This document shows positions 38,087-48,726 of a stretch of DNA of 64,000 bases, one piece after another. The stretch spans positions 1 to 64,000 of the forward strand of contig JBJHCF010000008.1 of assembly GCA_050506795.1 (NCBI GenBank), given 5' to 3'. Position 1 is the stretch's first letter. The number at the start of each line of letters is the position of its first letter. The position numbers and the translations under genes are program-made. Below the pieces are notes generated by a model. It was not told where the DNA came from. It did no database searches and saw nothing but the letters and a program-made list of their open reading frames with translations. This DNA comes from Opitutia bacterium. Its GTDB lineage: Bacteria > Verrucomicrobiota > Verrucomicrobiia > Opitutales > T3Sed10-336.

Positions 38087-39256
38087 TCAAGTGCGGGCGG
38101 CTTCGGTGACCGCGCGTGCGACGCGACGCGGGACCTCTTCATCGAGAGCCGACGGCAGGATCCGCTCCGGGTCCGGCTCCGGGATGCTCCGGGCGATCGC
38201 CTCGGCGGCGGCCGCTTTCATCGCGTCCGTTATGCGCGGTGCGCGCGCATCCAGGGCGCCGCGAAAAATGCCGGGAAAGACCAGTACGTTGTTGACCTGG
38301 TTGGGGAAATCACCACGGCCGGTGGCGACCACCGACGCGCCGCCGGCCCGGGCCTCGTCGGGGAGTATCTCCGGATCCGGGTTGGCCAGGGCGAAAATGA
38401 TCGGGTCCGACGCCATGCGGCGAATATCCGCCGCCGTGAGCAATCCCCCGCGGCTGACTCCGACGAAGACGTCGGCTCCCTCGAGCATGGATTTGAGGCC
38501 ACCCGCTCGATCCTCGGGATTGCTGTATTCGAGCACGGCTTGTTTCACCGGGCCGAGGTCGTCGCGGCCGGAGTGGAGCGCCCCCTTGGAATCACAGACC
38601 ACCACTTCGCCCACCGTATCACAAACCCCGGAGACCTGATCGACACAACGGAGCAAACGCACAATGGCGCGCCCGGCCGCGCCCGCGCCGGAAATGACAA
38701 TCCGCAAATCGGAAAACTTTTTCCCGGCCACTCGGGCGGCGTTAATCAATCCCGCCAGCAAGACCACGGCGGTGCCGTGCTGATCGTCATGCATGACGGG
38801 AATACCGAGATCCTGGAGCCGGTCTTCGATTTCGAAGCAGCGGGGAGCGGAAATATCTTCGAGATTCACGCCGGCGAATCCGGGCGCCAACGCGCGCACC
38901 GCAGCCACCACGGCATCGGGCTCGCGAACGTCGAGGCAGATCGGCCAGGCGTCGATGCCGGCAAGTTTTTTGAAGAGAGCCGCCTTCCCCTCCATTACGG
39001 GCATGGCGGCGGCGGAACCGATATCGCCGAGTCCGAGCACGGCTGAACCATCGGTAACCACGGCCACGGCGTTGCCCGCCACAGTCAAATCGCGCCGGGC
39101 AGACCGATCGTCCCGGATCGCCCGGCACACCGCGGCCACACCGGGAGTGTAGGCGCGACTCAAATCCTCGAGATCCTCGAGGGGAACCTTCAACGCGAGT
39201 TCGATCTTGCCGCGACAGGCACGATGCAGTTCCAGGCTTTCGCGGTCAATTGTCAT
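38087..39256 (-). CDS. NAD(P)-dependent malic enzyme (short form)
   Basis: 'AYTPGVA', 'VTDGSAVLGLGDIG', 'VMEGKA', 'NLEDISAPRCF', 'HDDQHGT', 'PNQVNN'. Confidence 0.95.
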   Translation of the reverse strand: MTIDRESLELHRACRGKIELALKVPLEDLEDLSRAYTPGVAAVCRAIRDDRSARRDLTVAGNAVAVVTDGSAVLGLGDIGSAAAMPVMEGKAALFKKLAGIDAWPICLDVREPDAVVAAVRALAPGFAGVNLEDISAPRCFEIEDRLQDLGIPVMHDDQHGTAVVLLAGLINAARVAGKKFSDLRIVISGAGAAGRAIVRLLRCVDQVSGVCDTVGEVVVCDSKGALHSGRDDLGPVKQAVLEYSNPEDRAGGLKSMLEGADVFVGVSRGGLLTAADIRRMASDPIIFALANPDPEILPDEARAGGASVVATGRGDFPNQVNNVLVFPGIFRGALDARAPRITDAMKAAAAEAIARSIPEPDPERILPSALDEEVPRRVARAVTEAART

Positions 39257-39435
39257 AAGGCATGCATTTCTGGACGCACCGGTCGGCGTTTTATTCCGTC
39301 CCCCAACTCTTGTCCGCGCAAATCCGGGAAAGCTTTGACACGGCATCCCGGCCTGCCGGTACGATTCGCAGATCGGGGGAATATATGGGTGTTGGGCACG
39401 TCATGGCAGGAGCGGTATCACAAAAGGATCAAACC

Positions 39436-40632
39436 ATGGGAAAACGGATACATTTTAAAAGTCGTCAGGGACATCAATTGATCGGTGATGTCGAATTGCC
39501 GCCCGGTGGCGACTACCAGGCGACCGCACTTTTCGCACACTGCTTTACCTGCAATCGCAATATCAAAGCAGCCCGCGATATCACTCGATCGCTCGCGAAA
39601 GCCGGATTCGCCGTGTTGCGTTTTGATTTTACCGGACTCGGACAGAGCGAGGGCGATTTCAGTGATACGACATTTTCCTCGAATCTCGACGACCTCGAAG
39701 ACGCCGCCGGCTGGATGCTCGATAACCTGGCGGCGCCTCAGTTGCTCGTGGGTCATTCTTTGGGCGGAACGGCGGTTTTGGCGGTCGCGGAACGCCTCGA
39801 CTCCGTGCGGGCGGTAGCGTCCATCGGCGCCCCATTGCGACCGGATCACGTCCTCAAGCAGTTTGGCGATCAAATCGAAGAAATTGATAATACCGGTTCC
39901 GCGGAAGTCGATTTGGCGGGCCGGCCCTTTCAGGTCCGTCGGGACTTTATCGAAGACGCGCGCCACCACCCGATGGAGGAGCGCCTGGGACGGCTGGGCC
40001 GGGCCCTGCTGGTGCTCCATTCGCCGGTGGACCAGACGGTCTCTGTGGATCAGGCGCAAGGGATCTTCACCGCCGCCAGGCACCCGAAGAGTTATGTGAG
40101 CCTCGACGACGCCGACCACCTGCTCTCAAACGCGGCGGATTCCCGCTATGCGGGCTCGGTCATCGCCTCGTGGGCGGCACGATTTCTCGAGGTCGACGAG
40201 CCGGAAGCCGTCGAGGACGTACACGTATCCGGAACGACCGCGGACGGATTCCTTTGCCGGATTCGAAGCGGCGTTCACCGTCTGGTGGGCGATGAACCCG
40301 AATCGGTCGGGGGCGTGGACGAAGGTCCGACTCCTTACGATTTTCTGTCCGCCGCCCTGGGAGCTTGCACCGTGATGACCCTCAACATGTATGCCCGCCA
40401 CAAAGGCTTGCCGGTAGAGCGCGTCGACTGTCGGGTCCGACACGAAAAGACACACGCCGAGGATTGCGACAACTGCGAAAGCAACTCGGAAAAGCTCGAC
40501 ACATTTCAGCGCAAAATCCACATCGAAGGCGATCTGAACCAGGCACAGCGAGACAGAATGCTTGAAATCGCGAATCGCTGCCCTGTGCACAAGACGTTGT
40601 CGGGGAACATCCGAATCAAGACTAAGGAATAA
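39436..40632 (+). CDS. Bifunctional alpha/beta hydrolase / OsmC family protein
   Basis: 'FAHCFTC', 'RFDFTGLGQSEG', 'GHSLGG', 'DEPESVGG.DEGPTPYD', 'ALGACT', 'RCPVHKTL'. Confidence 0.92.
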   Translation: MGKRIHFKSRQGHQLIGDVELPPGGDYQATALFAHCFTCNRNIKAARDITRSLAKAGFAVLRFDFTGLGQSEGDFSDTTFSSNLDDLEDAAGWMLDNLAAPQLLVGHSLGGTAVLAVAERLDSVRAVASIGAPLRPDHVLKQFGDQIEEIDNTGSAEVDLAGRPFQVRRDFIEDARHHPMEERLGRLGRALLVLHSPVDQTVSVDQAQGIFTAARHPKSYVSLDDADHLLSNAADSRYAGSVIASWAARFLEVDEPEAVEDVHVSGTTADGFLCRIRSGVHRLVGDEPESVGGVDEGPTPYDFLSAALGACTVMTLNMYARHKGLPVERVDCRVRHEKTHAEDCDNCESNSEKLDTFQRKIHIEGDLNQAQRDRMLEIANRCPVHKTLSGNIRIKTKE

Positions 40633-40713
40633 CAAGCGGGCTCCGCAGCCTCGGGATTCGAAATATTCGAGAATCGAATCACGCCGGCACAAGAGAAGTG
40701 GCGACAACGTTTT

Positions 40714-41475
40714 TCATTCGGAAACGATTCTTATGAAGTCGATCGCCGCCGCGGTCGATTGGCCGGTATCGTCGGAGTCGGTCATAATTGCGATTCGTGC
40801 CGTTTCCGGCGGGTCCTCCCCAAAGAACCGTTCGTAGTCCTCCAGAATATGAATGGATTCCTCCCGCCATTCGCCCAACGGAGTGTCTTCCCCGCGCAGG
40901 ACAAACATCCCGACCCGGTCGGTGTAGGGACTCGGATAGTTGTCTTCTTCGACCGAAACCGCCGTCCACACGTAAGTCAGTCCGGAATGCGGCGGGAATT
41001 CTCCCCGGAGCGCCCGATACGCACGGTACCGGATCCGTGTTCCGAGATCGAGACCCTGCCGTTCGTACTCAAAGAATACGTACAAGCGCGCCGGATAGTC
41101 ATCGCCATCCCGCCGGAGGTGATCGACCCCCTCGATCGCCTTATCCACCCTCCACCGCCATTCGACGACCGGATAATCGCGGACGCGGAAGGGTTCCTTG
41201 AGAACGATTCCCGACCCTCCTCCATCACTCGTCATCAGAAGGAAGGGATTCCCCTCGTCATCCTCCTCGACGGCGTACACCGACTCGCGCGGGACCGCCG
41301 GAAAGGTGTGCGGTTCCCACCGGTCCAAATCGGCAAATGTCTCCTCCAGGCATACCTCGCGGCCGGAGGTTGCCACGGCGGCCGCCGCCAAGCCGAGAAA
41401 CCATAACAGGGCCGCACTGCGGAAACCCCACGCGAATCTCTCGCGCTCATTGAACAACCTAAAGCAACACACCAA
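40714..41475 (-). CDS. DUF3047 domain secreted protein
   Basis: 'EWRWRV', 'GDDYPARLYVFF', 'LTYVW', 'SPYT', 'IAIMTDSDDTG'. Start uncertain. Confidence 0.85.
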   Translation of the reverse strand: MVCCFRLFNERERFAWGFRSAALLWFLGLAAAAVATSGREVCLEETFADLDRWEPHTFPAVPRESVYAVEEDDEGNPFLLMTSDGGGSGIVLKEPFRVRDYPVVEWRWRVDKAIEGVDHLRRDGDDYPARLYVFFEYERQGLDLGTRIRYRAYRALRGEFPPHSGLTYVWTAVSVEEDNYPSPYTDRVGMFVLRGEDTPLGEWREESIHILEDYERFFGEDPPETARIAIMTDSDDTGQSTAAAIDFIRIVSE

Positions 41476-41651
41476 TTAAGACGATCGTCACGCGACTTTA
41501 TTTCCTGGAAATAACCACCGCCTTCTCTCACGAATATCGGCCGAGATACGCCACCTCGATTGACCCCCACAGCGGTGCTCGAGAATTCGGATTCCGATGG
41601 GAATACTTCTGCTCCCGGTACGTCTCACTTCGTATCACAAATACAAATCCC

Positions 41652-42068
41652 ATGATGACCCAACCCATGACCCAACCCACCAACAACACCACCGAGCCAT
41701 TTCTGCTGATCGTTTACAATGCGGATCGCGGATTCTTTAACGCCATTTCGGCCTCAACACACAAACTGCTTTCGCCAAAAACCTATGAATGTCCGCTGTG
41801 TCAGCACACATTCGGAATCACCGGCATGTTGCAGCCCTGGAAGGAGTACCTCGACATGCAGCCGCTACCGGTGTCCTTCACCCACCGGAACGACTTTCAC
41901 AAGGATTATCCGAGACACGCCTCACTTACGCTGCCCGCTATCCTTCTCATCGATCCTGAAAAGGGGGTTACTCCGGTGCTCGAATCCAAATCCGTTCGCA
42001 ATGCCAAGAATCTCTCGCACCTCATTTCCTTGATGGAAGAACAGCTTGACGCCCTCGAGATCAAATAA
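41652..42068 (+). CDS. Conserved hypothetical thioredoxin-like protein (VYNAD.G...CPLC)
   Basis: 'LLIVYNADRG', 'SPKTYECPLCQHTFG', 'FTHRNDF', 'LPAIL'. Confidence 0.75.
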   Translation: MMTQPMTQPTNNTTEPFLLIVYNADRGFFNAISASTHKLLSPKTYECPLCQHTFGITGMLQPWKEYLDMQPLPVSFTHRNDFHKDYPRHASLTLPAILLIDPEKGVTPVLESKSVRNAKNLSHLISLMEEQLDALEIK

Positions 42069-42088
42069 CCGGTTGCCGCCTCGGACGC

Positions 42089-43414
42089 CTATCCGCCGCC
42101 GTTGAAATACCGGCTGGTTCCCAGCGCTTCGACCGCTTCTCCAATCCTTTGAAGCGCCAGCACATAGGCGGCGCGCCGCATGGAGATTCCGTGTCGATCC
42201 GCCAGGGCCTTCACCTCGCCGAATTGTTCCCGCATGCGTTTGTCCAACCGGCCATTCACCTCGTCTTCGCTCCAATAATCGCCCGAACGGTTCTGCACCC
42301 ATTCAAGGTAGCTCACCGTCACCCCGCCCGCATTGGCGAGGATGTCCGGCACGACCAGGACGCCCTTTTCATCCAGCACGGCGTCCGCCGAATCGTCGGT
42401 GGGACCGTTCGCCAGTTCGAGAACGACACCGGCCCGCACGTTTTTGGCGTTTTGTTCGCCGATGACGCCGGACAGGGCGGCCGGAATGAGAATATCGACG
42501 TCCAGAGCGAGCAATTCCTCATTGCTGAGTGTCTCGGCATCGACCGTTTCGCAAACGCTCCCTTCGCAATAGACCGCCTTGAGCTGACGCGTTTCGTTCT
42601 TGGAGTGAATCAGGCTTGGCACGTCGAATCCTTCTTTGCGGTAAATTCCCCCGCGTGAATCACTGACCGCCACCACCCGATAGCCGTCCGCATGCAGGAG
42701 CCGCGCCACCGCCTGACCGGCGTTGCCGAACCCCTGCACAGCCACGGTGGTTTTCGGAGGATTCCATCCCCGTTCCTCCTCCAACTGCTTCAAACAGATG
42801 TAACCCCCGCGACCGGTGGCCGCATCGCGTCCGAGACTGCCGCCCAGAGCGATCGGCTTTCCCGTGATGACGGCCGGTGTTCGGCGGCGGACGACGTTAG
42901 AATACTCGTCCATCATCCACCCCATGATCCGTGCGTTCGTGTACACATCGGGCGCCGGGATATCGGTTTCGGGGCCGATGAAATCGGCAATGCGGGCAAT
43001 GAACCCGCGGCTTAAACGCTCGAGTTCCCGCGTCGAAAGCGACTTCGGATCGACCATGATTCCACCCTTGGCCCCTCCCAGTGGCAGCCCCATGACCGCG
43101 CATTTGCAGGTCATCCAAAACGCCAGGGACTTGACCGTATCCAGGGTCAACCCGGGATGGAAGCGAATCCCTCCCTTGCCGGGCCCGCGCAGGTCGTTGT
43201 GGCGCACCCGATACCCCTCGAACACACGCAAACTTCCATCGTCCATCCGCACCGGCACCGATACGGTAACGATCGATTTTGGATACTTCAATCGTTCGAT
43301 CACCTCGGGATGAACATCGAGATAACCCGAGGCCTCGTCCAGCCGGGCAATCGCTCTTTCGTAACTTCCGCTGGAAGCGTTTTCGGTTCGTTGGGCCTTT
43401 TCGCGGTCAGACAT
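42089..43414 (-). CDS. gdhA: Glu/Leu/Phe/Val (glutamate) dehydrogenase
   Basis: '[11 protein letters not shown]', 'GGAKGG', 'DIPAPDV', 'ITGKP..LGGS.GR', 'VQGFGNAG', '[18 protein letters not shown]'. Confidence 0.95.
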   Translation of the reverse strand: MSDREKAQRTENASSGSYERAIARLDEASGYLDVHPEVIERLKYPKSIVTVSVPVRMDDGSLRVFEGYRVRHNDLRGPGKGGIRFHPGLTLDTVKSLAFWMTCKCAVMGLPLGGAKGGIMVDPKSLSTRELERLSRGFIARIADFIGPETDIPAPDVYTNARIMGWMMDEYSNVVRRRTPAVITGKPIALGGSLGRDAATGRGGYICLKQLEEERGWNPPKTTVAVQGFGNAGQAVARLLHADGYRVVAVSDSRGGIYRKEGFDVPSLIHSKNETRQLKAVYCEGSVCETVDAETLSNEELLALDVDILIPAALSGVIGEQNAKNVRAGVVLELANGPTDDSADAVLDEKGVLVVPDILANAGGVTVSYLEWVQNRSGDYWSEDEVNGRLDKRMREQFGEVKALADRHGISMRRAAYVLALQRIGEAVEALGTSRYFNGGG

Positions 43415-43688
43415 AAAATTTGATGTTTCGCCTCCGCCACTCGTGTTCTCGGAAGCTCCGAACGTGGTCGGATCCTCGGCAAAGCTTAGCGCATGAGACG
43501 AAGCAAACGAAAGTTAATTCCGCCCACGTCCCAATCAGTACCCTAAAATCTGTGGTTAAGAGTTACCTCTTGATTCGGGATCATTCCGCAAAGGGGGGGA
43601 TGCTACGATCAAGCGCCTTATTCGTGCCATTCCAAACGATCCGCTGACCGGGCAACCGGTAACGTTCAGCAATCGCCACTTTTTACTT

Positions 43689-44324
43689 TCAACTTTCAAC
43701 TTTTACCTTCGAAGAAATCCTCATCATCCCCCACAGCGGGCGAATACGGAAATGCGTGGTGACGACGTTTTCGATTCCCGCCGATTCAAGATATCCGCGA
43801 ATCTGCTCCGCACGGTAAATCTGTTTCACCGAGGCGTCGCGGGCCCGAAGCCAGACGGAATACAAACGCATCGCCGGAAAATCGGCACACCAGTCTGTGA
43901 CAACCAACGTTCCCCCGGGACGGAGCACGCGCCCCATTTCCGAAATCGCCCGTCGCGCATCGGAAAAATAATGCAGGGCGCTCACACTGACCACGACATC
44001 GAACACGTCGTCTGCGAACGAAAGGGCTTCAGCCTCTCCCCGCTTCAGTTCCACCCTCCCTTCGCTCCGTTCCCTCGCTCTGTCCAGCATCGCTTCCGTG
44101 GGATCCACCCCGTGCAAAGCCAGCCCCGGGTGCGCGCTTCCCAGCCTCTCCAGCAAGACCCCCGTCCCGCACCCGACATCCAGCACCCGCTCGTCGCCGC
44201 CCAACTCCAACGCCTCCAGGGTTCGCCCGACGGAGACGTCCACGTAATGCCGCCAGCGCCGGTCGTAAATGCCCGCGAGCGAGTTGTATTCGTCCTGAAC
44301 ACCCATCCGACACATCAGACTCAT
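43689..44324 (-). CDS. Class I SAM-dependent methyltransferase (type 11)
   Basis: 'VLDVGCGTG', 'FDVVVSVSALHY', 'VLRPGG.LVVTDW'. Confidence 0.9.
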   Translation of the reverse strand: MSLMCRMGVQDEYNSLAGIYDRRWRHYVDVSVGRTLEALELGGDERVLDVGCGTGVLLERLGSAHPGLALHGVDPTEAMLDRARERSEGRVELKRGEAEALSFADDVFDVVVSVSALHYFSDARRAISEMGRVLRPGGTLVVTDWCADFPAMRLYSVWLRARDASVKQIYRAEQIRGYLESAGIENVVTTHFRIRPLWGMMRISSKVKVES

Positions 44325-44493
44325 GATTGGGGAAAAGTCAGCCGCAAAACAAAACTTTCAAGGTCCTCGACTTCGGCAAGGACATCCGAAGACTGAGTTG
44401 ACGCCAAGTTATTCAGCCCGAGGCCATTCCGTCACGGTTGTGCCCCAGCTTTCGCCGTTCGGAATAATCCACGCACCGACTCGTCCCAGAGAA

Positions 44494-44919
44494 ATGGATC
44501 ACATTGATAAAAAACTCGGTATCGCTCTTCTGCTTCTTCGCCTCGGGGTGTTCATCGTCATGTTCATGTGGACGTTGGACAAGTTCCTCCACCCCGATCA
44601 CGCCGCTGCGGTCTTTGCGAACTTCTACATGTTGGAAGGGCTCGGAGAAGGCGCTTTTTTCCTGATCGGCGCGGTGCAATTGGTGATCGTTCTCGGATTT
44701 GTCGCCGGAATGTTCCGTGCCTGGAGCTACGGACTCGTGCTGGCGATGCACACCGTCTCCACCTTCTCTTCCTGGAGGCAGTACCTGGATCCTTTTGAGA
44801 ACCTGCTCTTTTTCGCCGCCTGGCCTATGCTGGCGGCCTGTGTCGCCCTTTTTCTCCTAAGAAAATCCGACCGACTTCTGAACTTCGACGCCTGGCGGGA
44901 GAATAAAACGGCGGCTTGA
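44494..44919 (+). CDS. DoxX-like membrane protein
   Basis: 'LLLRLGVFIVMFMWTLDKF', 'MHTVSTFSSW', 'NLLFFAAWPML'. Confidence 0.82.
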   Translation: MDHIDKKLGIALLLLRLGVFIVMFMWTLDKFLHPDHAAAVFANFYMLEGLGEGAFFLIGAVQLVIVLGFVAGMFRAWSYGLVLAMHTVSTFSSWRQYLDPFENLLFFAAWPMLAACVALFLLRKSDRLLNFDAWRENKTAA

Positions 44920-44928
44920 TTGGAGCGT

Positions 44929-44964
44929 AAAAAACCCGGACAGGGCTCTTTCGGCCCTGCCCGG
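44929..44964. terminator. Hairpin terminator between convergent genes
   Basis: A-tract followed by CCGGACAGGGC-TCTTTCG-GCCCTGCCCGG. Confidence 0.6.
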
Positions 44965-44994
44965 CGGGATGTATGATAGAGCCTCTCCAGCGTT

Positions 44995-45180
44995 TCAGGA
45001 GGTCGCCGCGGCGATCTTGTTCCGGATGTCCTCGGCGGAATCCGCCCCCGTGATCCGTTCGACCACCTCGCGACTCTCCGCGTCGATCAGGAGGAGAAAC
45101 CCGGTTCTTCCCGCGTTCTCGCTGAAATGCTCGCCGAGTTGGAGCGCGTTCGCGAGCATCGCGGTGTGCCGGGTCGAAGC
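44995..45180 (-). pseudogene. 3' remnant of a thioredoxin-fold protein
   Basis: C-terminal segment 'GRTGFLLLIDAESREVVERITG' with no credible 5' half. Confidence 0.45.
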
Positions 45181-45297
45181 CGCCGCAGGGAACGCCGTCG
45201 CCGCAGCCCGCCGGTTCGGGATGATTGTAGAGAGCCTCGAACGTGTTGATACCTTATTTCCTTGGTTTTCCAGCAATGTCTGGGAATCATTTTAGAC

Positions 45298-45561
45298 ATG
45301 AAATCCGTGGCGCTAGTCACGCCGGCTTCGGCGCAACGCGAACCGAAGCCGTGGCCAGACCTGAGAAAACGACTCGCCGGCGCCCACGAAAAGCTCAAAC
45401 GGCGGGCGCCATCGGCATCAGACCTCATTTACCGCGAAAGGGGTTGAGGGGTGAGCGCGGCACTCTATTTGGGCTGCGCCGTTTTCGTAACCGGGGATAC
45501 AAGGCAGTCCAAACTGGCAAAGGCGGCAGGTCTCAACGCGGTCGATATCTTCCAGCGCTGA
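45298..45561 (+). pseudogene. Decayed antitoxin + VapC (PIN) toxin pair
   Basis: Antitoxin-like tail '...PWPDLRKRL...ASDLIYRERG*', then 45451-45561 'MSAALYLGCAVFVTGDTRQSKLAKAAGL', which is only the C-terminal PIN motif. Confidence 0.6.
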
Positions 45562-45665
45562 CGCCTTGATAATGTCATTGTACAAGGAAACCGGCATCCG
45601 ACCTATGCGTCGTCAGGTGAGCCGTAGTCCCGCGGGTGCGAGACGATGGTGAATTCCTTGCGGTG

Positions 45666-46187
45666 TCACCCGTAAAATATCTGGGTGATATAGAGAAATT
45701 CACGTTTCCGACTGACGCCAATCCCGGACAGCTTGAAATCGGGATCCATGAGATCCTTACGGTAGGCTTCGTTTCCCGCGAGTTCCCGGTATAGCCGAAA
45801 GGCAATTTCCTTTGCCCGCTCATGGAGCCGGCCGGTTGTCCCTATGGAGACGGCGGCGACATACTCCGCCTTCTTCTTTTTATACCCTTCGCGTCCCAAC
45901 CAAAGAATGAGGAGCCCCAGCAACGCGAATACCCAGGCAACGAGGAATCCCAGCGTAATCAGCGACCAGGCGATCGTGGCTTCGATCGGGTTCTTTATCA
46001 GTTCGGGAATCTTCGATGGTTTGGTGTGCTCCCAAAGTTTTTCCTTTCGCGACATTCGTTGACTGTGATTTCTCGCCAATCTCGAAAGGACTGGGTTCGG
46101 TTTGAGCTCCTTACGCGTATGTTTCGCGCGTTCCGCAGCGCACTGAGAAAAGACCGCGGCTTCGATGTTTTTCCGGTAGGGTCTCAT
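45666..46187 (-). CDS. CAP/SCP-like domain protein with an internal hydrophobic insertion
   Basis: 'LSRLARNHSQRMS', 'YRKDLMDPDF..SGIGV', 'YITQIF'; internal TM-like stretch. Confidence 0.65.
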   Translation of the reverse strand: MRPYRKNIEAAVFSQCAAERAKHTRKELKPNPVLSRLARNHSQRMSRKEKLWEHTKPSKIPELIKNPIEATIAWSLITLGFLVAWVFALLGLLILWLGREGYKKKKAEYVAAVSIGTTGRLHERAKEIAFRLYRELAGNEAYRKDLMDPDFKLSGIGVSRKREFLYITQIFYG

Positions 46188-46523
46188 ACGTGACTCATGG
46201 TTGTTCCGGATCTGGAAAGGACTTTACATGTGTATCGAATTCCTCGAGTGCCAACGGTTTCATGCGAGACAACCCTATCGGGCCGACCCGAATCTCACAA
46301 GCCTTCCGAGACGGAAAAATCGTTCCGGAAGCGATTGAAATTCGCAACGAAGATCGAGTTTCGCTCCATGATCCAGACCGAAATGATGGAATATCGAAAT
46401 TCAGCGAGGTGAGCCGTCCCAATTAATTGCGCGCCGGGAACGCGTGTTCCCGGGGTGGGCGGGGAATGGCTGCGCTCGCCTACGCGGTTTGGGTCGAACC
46501 GGACTGGGACGCCCAAAGCTACT

Positions 46524-47021
46524 TCAGCGTCCGTCCGCCCGTCCGTAACCCGGCGCCGTTCTCAAATCCGGCCAGGTCTCGTCCGCACGGGCGATCAATT
46601 CCTCGCTGTTGCCAGCCCAGCCTGCGTGGATGCCCGGAGTAAGATTAAAGAACAGCCGTCCGTCGATCACGTCGAACGCAGCCGGGTGCATATCGTCTTT
46701 GTAACCACTGGCCACGCCGAGAGCGCAGTAACCGCCATAGGCCGGAATATAATCCTCCGGAGCCTCCAGAAAGCGGTCCCGGTTCTCCTCCGACGAGAAC
46801 TGAAAGATGGCGTCTTCCCATTCGGCGGTGATTTCCGGAGAACCTTCGACCGCTCGATCCTCCGTGAAATAGGCCACAACGTCGTACCCCTTCACCGCGA
46901 TCCCATCCTCCGTACGATTGATCGGCCCGTCGCCGTCGAAGGAAAGCGAAAAGGGAAAAGACAACGCTTCAGACAGCATTCCCCCGGATCCGGTAAAAAC
47001 AACTCCGGACAAACCTAACAC
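46524..47021 (-). CDS. YHS-domain protein (5' end uncertain, possibly truncated)
   Basis: 'AVKGYDVVAYF', 'FSSEENRDRF...PEDYIPAYGGYCA', 'DGRLFFN'. An in-frame TGA lies shortly upstream of the hydrophobic N-terminus. Confidence 0.8.
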   Translation of the reverse strand: MLGLSGVVFTGSGGMLSEALSFPFSLSFDGDGPINRTEDGIAVKGYDVVAYFTEDRAVEGSPEITAEWEDAIFQFSSEENRDRFLEAPEDYIPAYGGYCALGVASGYKDDMHPAAFDVIDGRLFFNLTPGIHAGWAGNSEELIARADETWPDLRTAPGYGRADGR

Positions 47022-47177
47022 CAGGCCGGCACAGACGAGTCAAGTCTTGCAGAAGCAGTCAAAAACGTAGCCCCCGGGGAATTTGTTTAACTCACCCCCC
47101 CGGCCCCTCTGTCCGCCTCGTCCCGAAAACCACCACCAACGCTTGACAGAGACCCCAAGGATAACGGATGTTATCAC

Positions 47178-47408
47178 ATGGCCATGGAAACCAAAGTTCG
47201 CAGAATCGGCAATTCGCTGGGGATTGTGTTGCCCAAGGAAGCGTTGTACACGCTCAAGGTGGAAGAAGGCGCCAAGCTTTACCTGACCGGGGGACCGGAG
47301 GGTTCTCTGCGGATCACTCCCGAACGCCCCGGGTTCAAGGAGAAAATGGAAATCGCCGAAAGCCTCATGCAGCGATATCGCAACGCACTCCGTGAATTGG
47401 CCAAATGA
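47178..47408 (+). CDS. AbrB/MazE-type antitoxin
   Basis: 'KVRRIGNSLGIVLPKE', 'RYRNALRELAK'; ATGA overlap with the toxin. Confidence 0.9.
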   Translation: MAMETKVRRIGNSLGIVLPKEALYTLKVEEGAKLYLTGGPEGSLRITPERPGFKEKMEIAESLMQRYRNALRELAK

Positions 47409-47791
47409 GCGACCCGGTTTGGATCGAAACCGCCGACGCCCTCGCCATTCACGGTGAGCTGCTCCAGCGCTTCGGCGGAGCCGCGGGTGTCCGGGACGAA
47501 AAACTCCTCGAATCCGCACTTGACCGCCCAAAGAACGTGCACGCATACGGCGAACCTTCTCTCTTCGAGTTGGCCGCGGCCTATGCGGCCGGCATCATTA
47601 AAAACCATCCGTTTCTGGACGGAAACAAACGGACCGGTTTCATTGCCGCCGCGCTGTTTCTCGAATCCAACGGCATGCAATTTCAAGCCCCCGAAGAACA
47701 AGTCGTCGAGCGCACCTTCGCCCTCGCCGCCGGTGAAATCAAGGAGTCGGATTACGCCGCGTGGCTCGAGCGGTCGTGCGGGACGGAGTAA
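47405..47791 (+). CDS. doc: Death-on-curing (Fic/Doc) toxin
   Basis: 'FGGAAGVRD..LLESALDRP', 'NHPFLDGNKRTG'. Confidence 0.92.
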   Translation: MSDPVWIETADALAIHGELLQRFGGAAGVRDEKLLESALDRPKNVHAYGEPSLFELAAAYAAGIIKNHPFLDGNKRTGFIAAALFLESNGMQFQAPEEQVVERTFALAAGEIKESDYAAWLERSCGTE

Positions 47792-47826
47792 ACGCTTCCC
47801 CAAAATCTCATCGTCAGCCATCTTTT

Positions 47827-47891
47827 TGAAACTACGCTTCACACGGATTGCGCTCGTAATTGCGCCGGTATCGGGTGTTGAACGTGGCAAC
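47827..47891 (-). pseudogene. ~65-bp fragment of a DUF3179 gene paralogue
   Basis: Near-identical to 50551-50615 (shared CGGATTGCGCTCGTAATTGCGCC core). Confidence 0.75.
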
Positions 47892-48015
47892 GGAGATTTA
47901 CGCCAACGATGAAATAAATCCCGTTTCTTTTCGTCTTCCCATAAGTAAGCAGGCGGCTTGGGTTCTCGAAACCTTCCCCCTCAAACCAGATAACCAATCG
48001 AAAAGTCCAGATTCT

Positions 48016-48570
48016 ATGAAATTCACCTTGCACACAAAGGAAACGGCGCCGGAGGCCTCGAAACCCATTCTCGATCAAACGGAAAACAACTATGGCTTCA
48101 TCCCGAATATCCACGGGATCCTCGCCGAGTCGCCGGTCGCCCTCTCGGCCTACGCCCACATCACCGATCAATTGCAGAAAAACGGCGCGCTCAACGCTCA
48201 GGAACAGCAGATCGCCATGATCGCCGTGAGCGAGACCAACGGCTGCGACTACTGCGTGGCGGCGCACAGCATGGTGGCCGGCATGAGCAAGGTGCCGGAG
48301 GAGACCGTCAACGCCCTGCGCGAAGGCAAGGAACCTTCCGATCCAAAACAGGCCGCACTGGTCCGTTTCACCAAGGCCGTCCTCGAACACCGCGGATGGG
48401 TGCCGGAAGACGCGCAAAAGGCGTTCCTGGACGCCGGCTACACCCATCGGCACCTCCTCGATGTCCTGAGCGTCGTGGCGTTGAAAACCCTGAGCAACTA
48501 CACGAATCATCTCGCCCAAACGCCGCTGGACGCTGCCTTCGAGGCGCATAGCTGGAGCAGGAAAGGTTGA
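48016..48570 (+). CDS. Carboxymuconolactone decarboxylase / AhpD-like peroxidase-related protein
   Basis: 'GFIPNIHGILAESP', 'NGCDYCVAAH', 'KTLSNYTNH'. Confidence 0.9.
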   Translation: MKFTLHTKETAPEASKPILDQTENNYGFIPNIHGILAESPVALSAYAHITDQLQKNGALNAQEQQIAMIAVSETNGCDYCVAAHSMVAGMSKVPEETVNALREGKEPSDPKQAALVRFTKAVLEHRGWVPEDAQKAFLDAGYTHRHLLDVLSVVALKTLSNYTNHLAQTPLDAAFEAHSWSRKG

Positions 48571-48726
48571 CGATCGGCCCGCGAACCGCATCAACTTGCG
48601 GCATCGCTCCCCTGATGAACCTTATCGCGGCAATAGCCAGCGGCGATAAGGTTGAATGAAGCCTTCGAACCCCACCCGCACTGGGACTTCTCCTTTTTCG
48701 AAAAAGTCGCCTCCGGCCTGCGTGAA

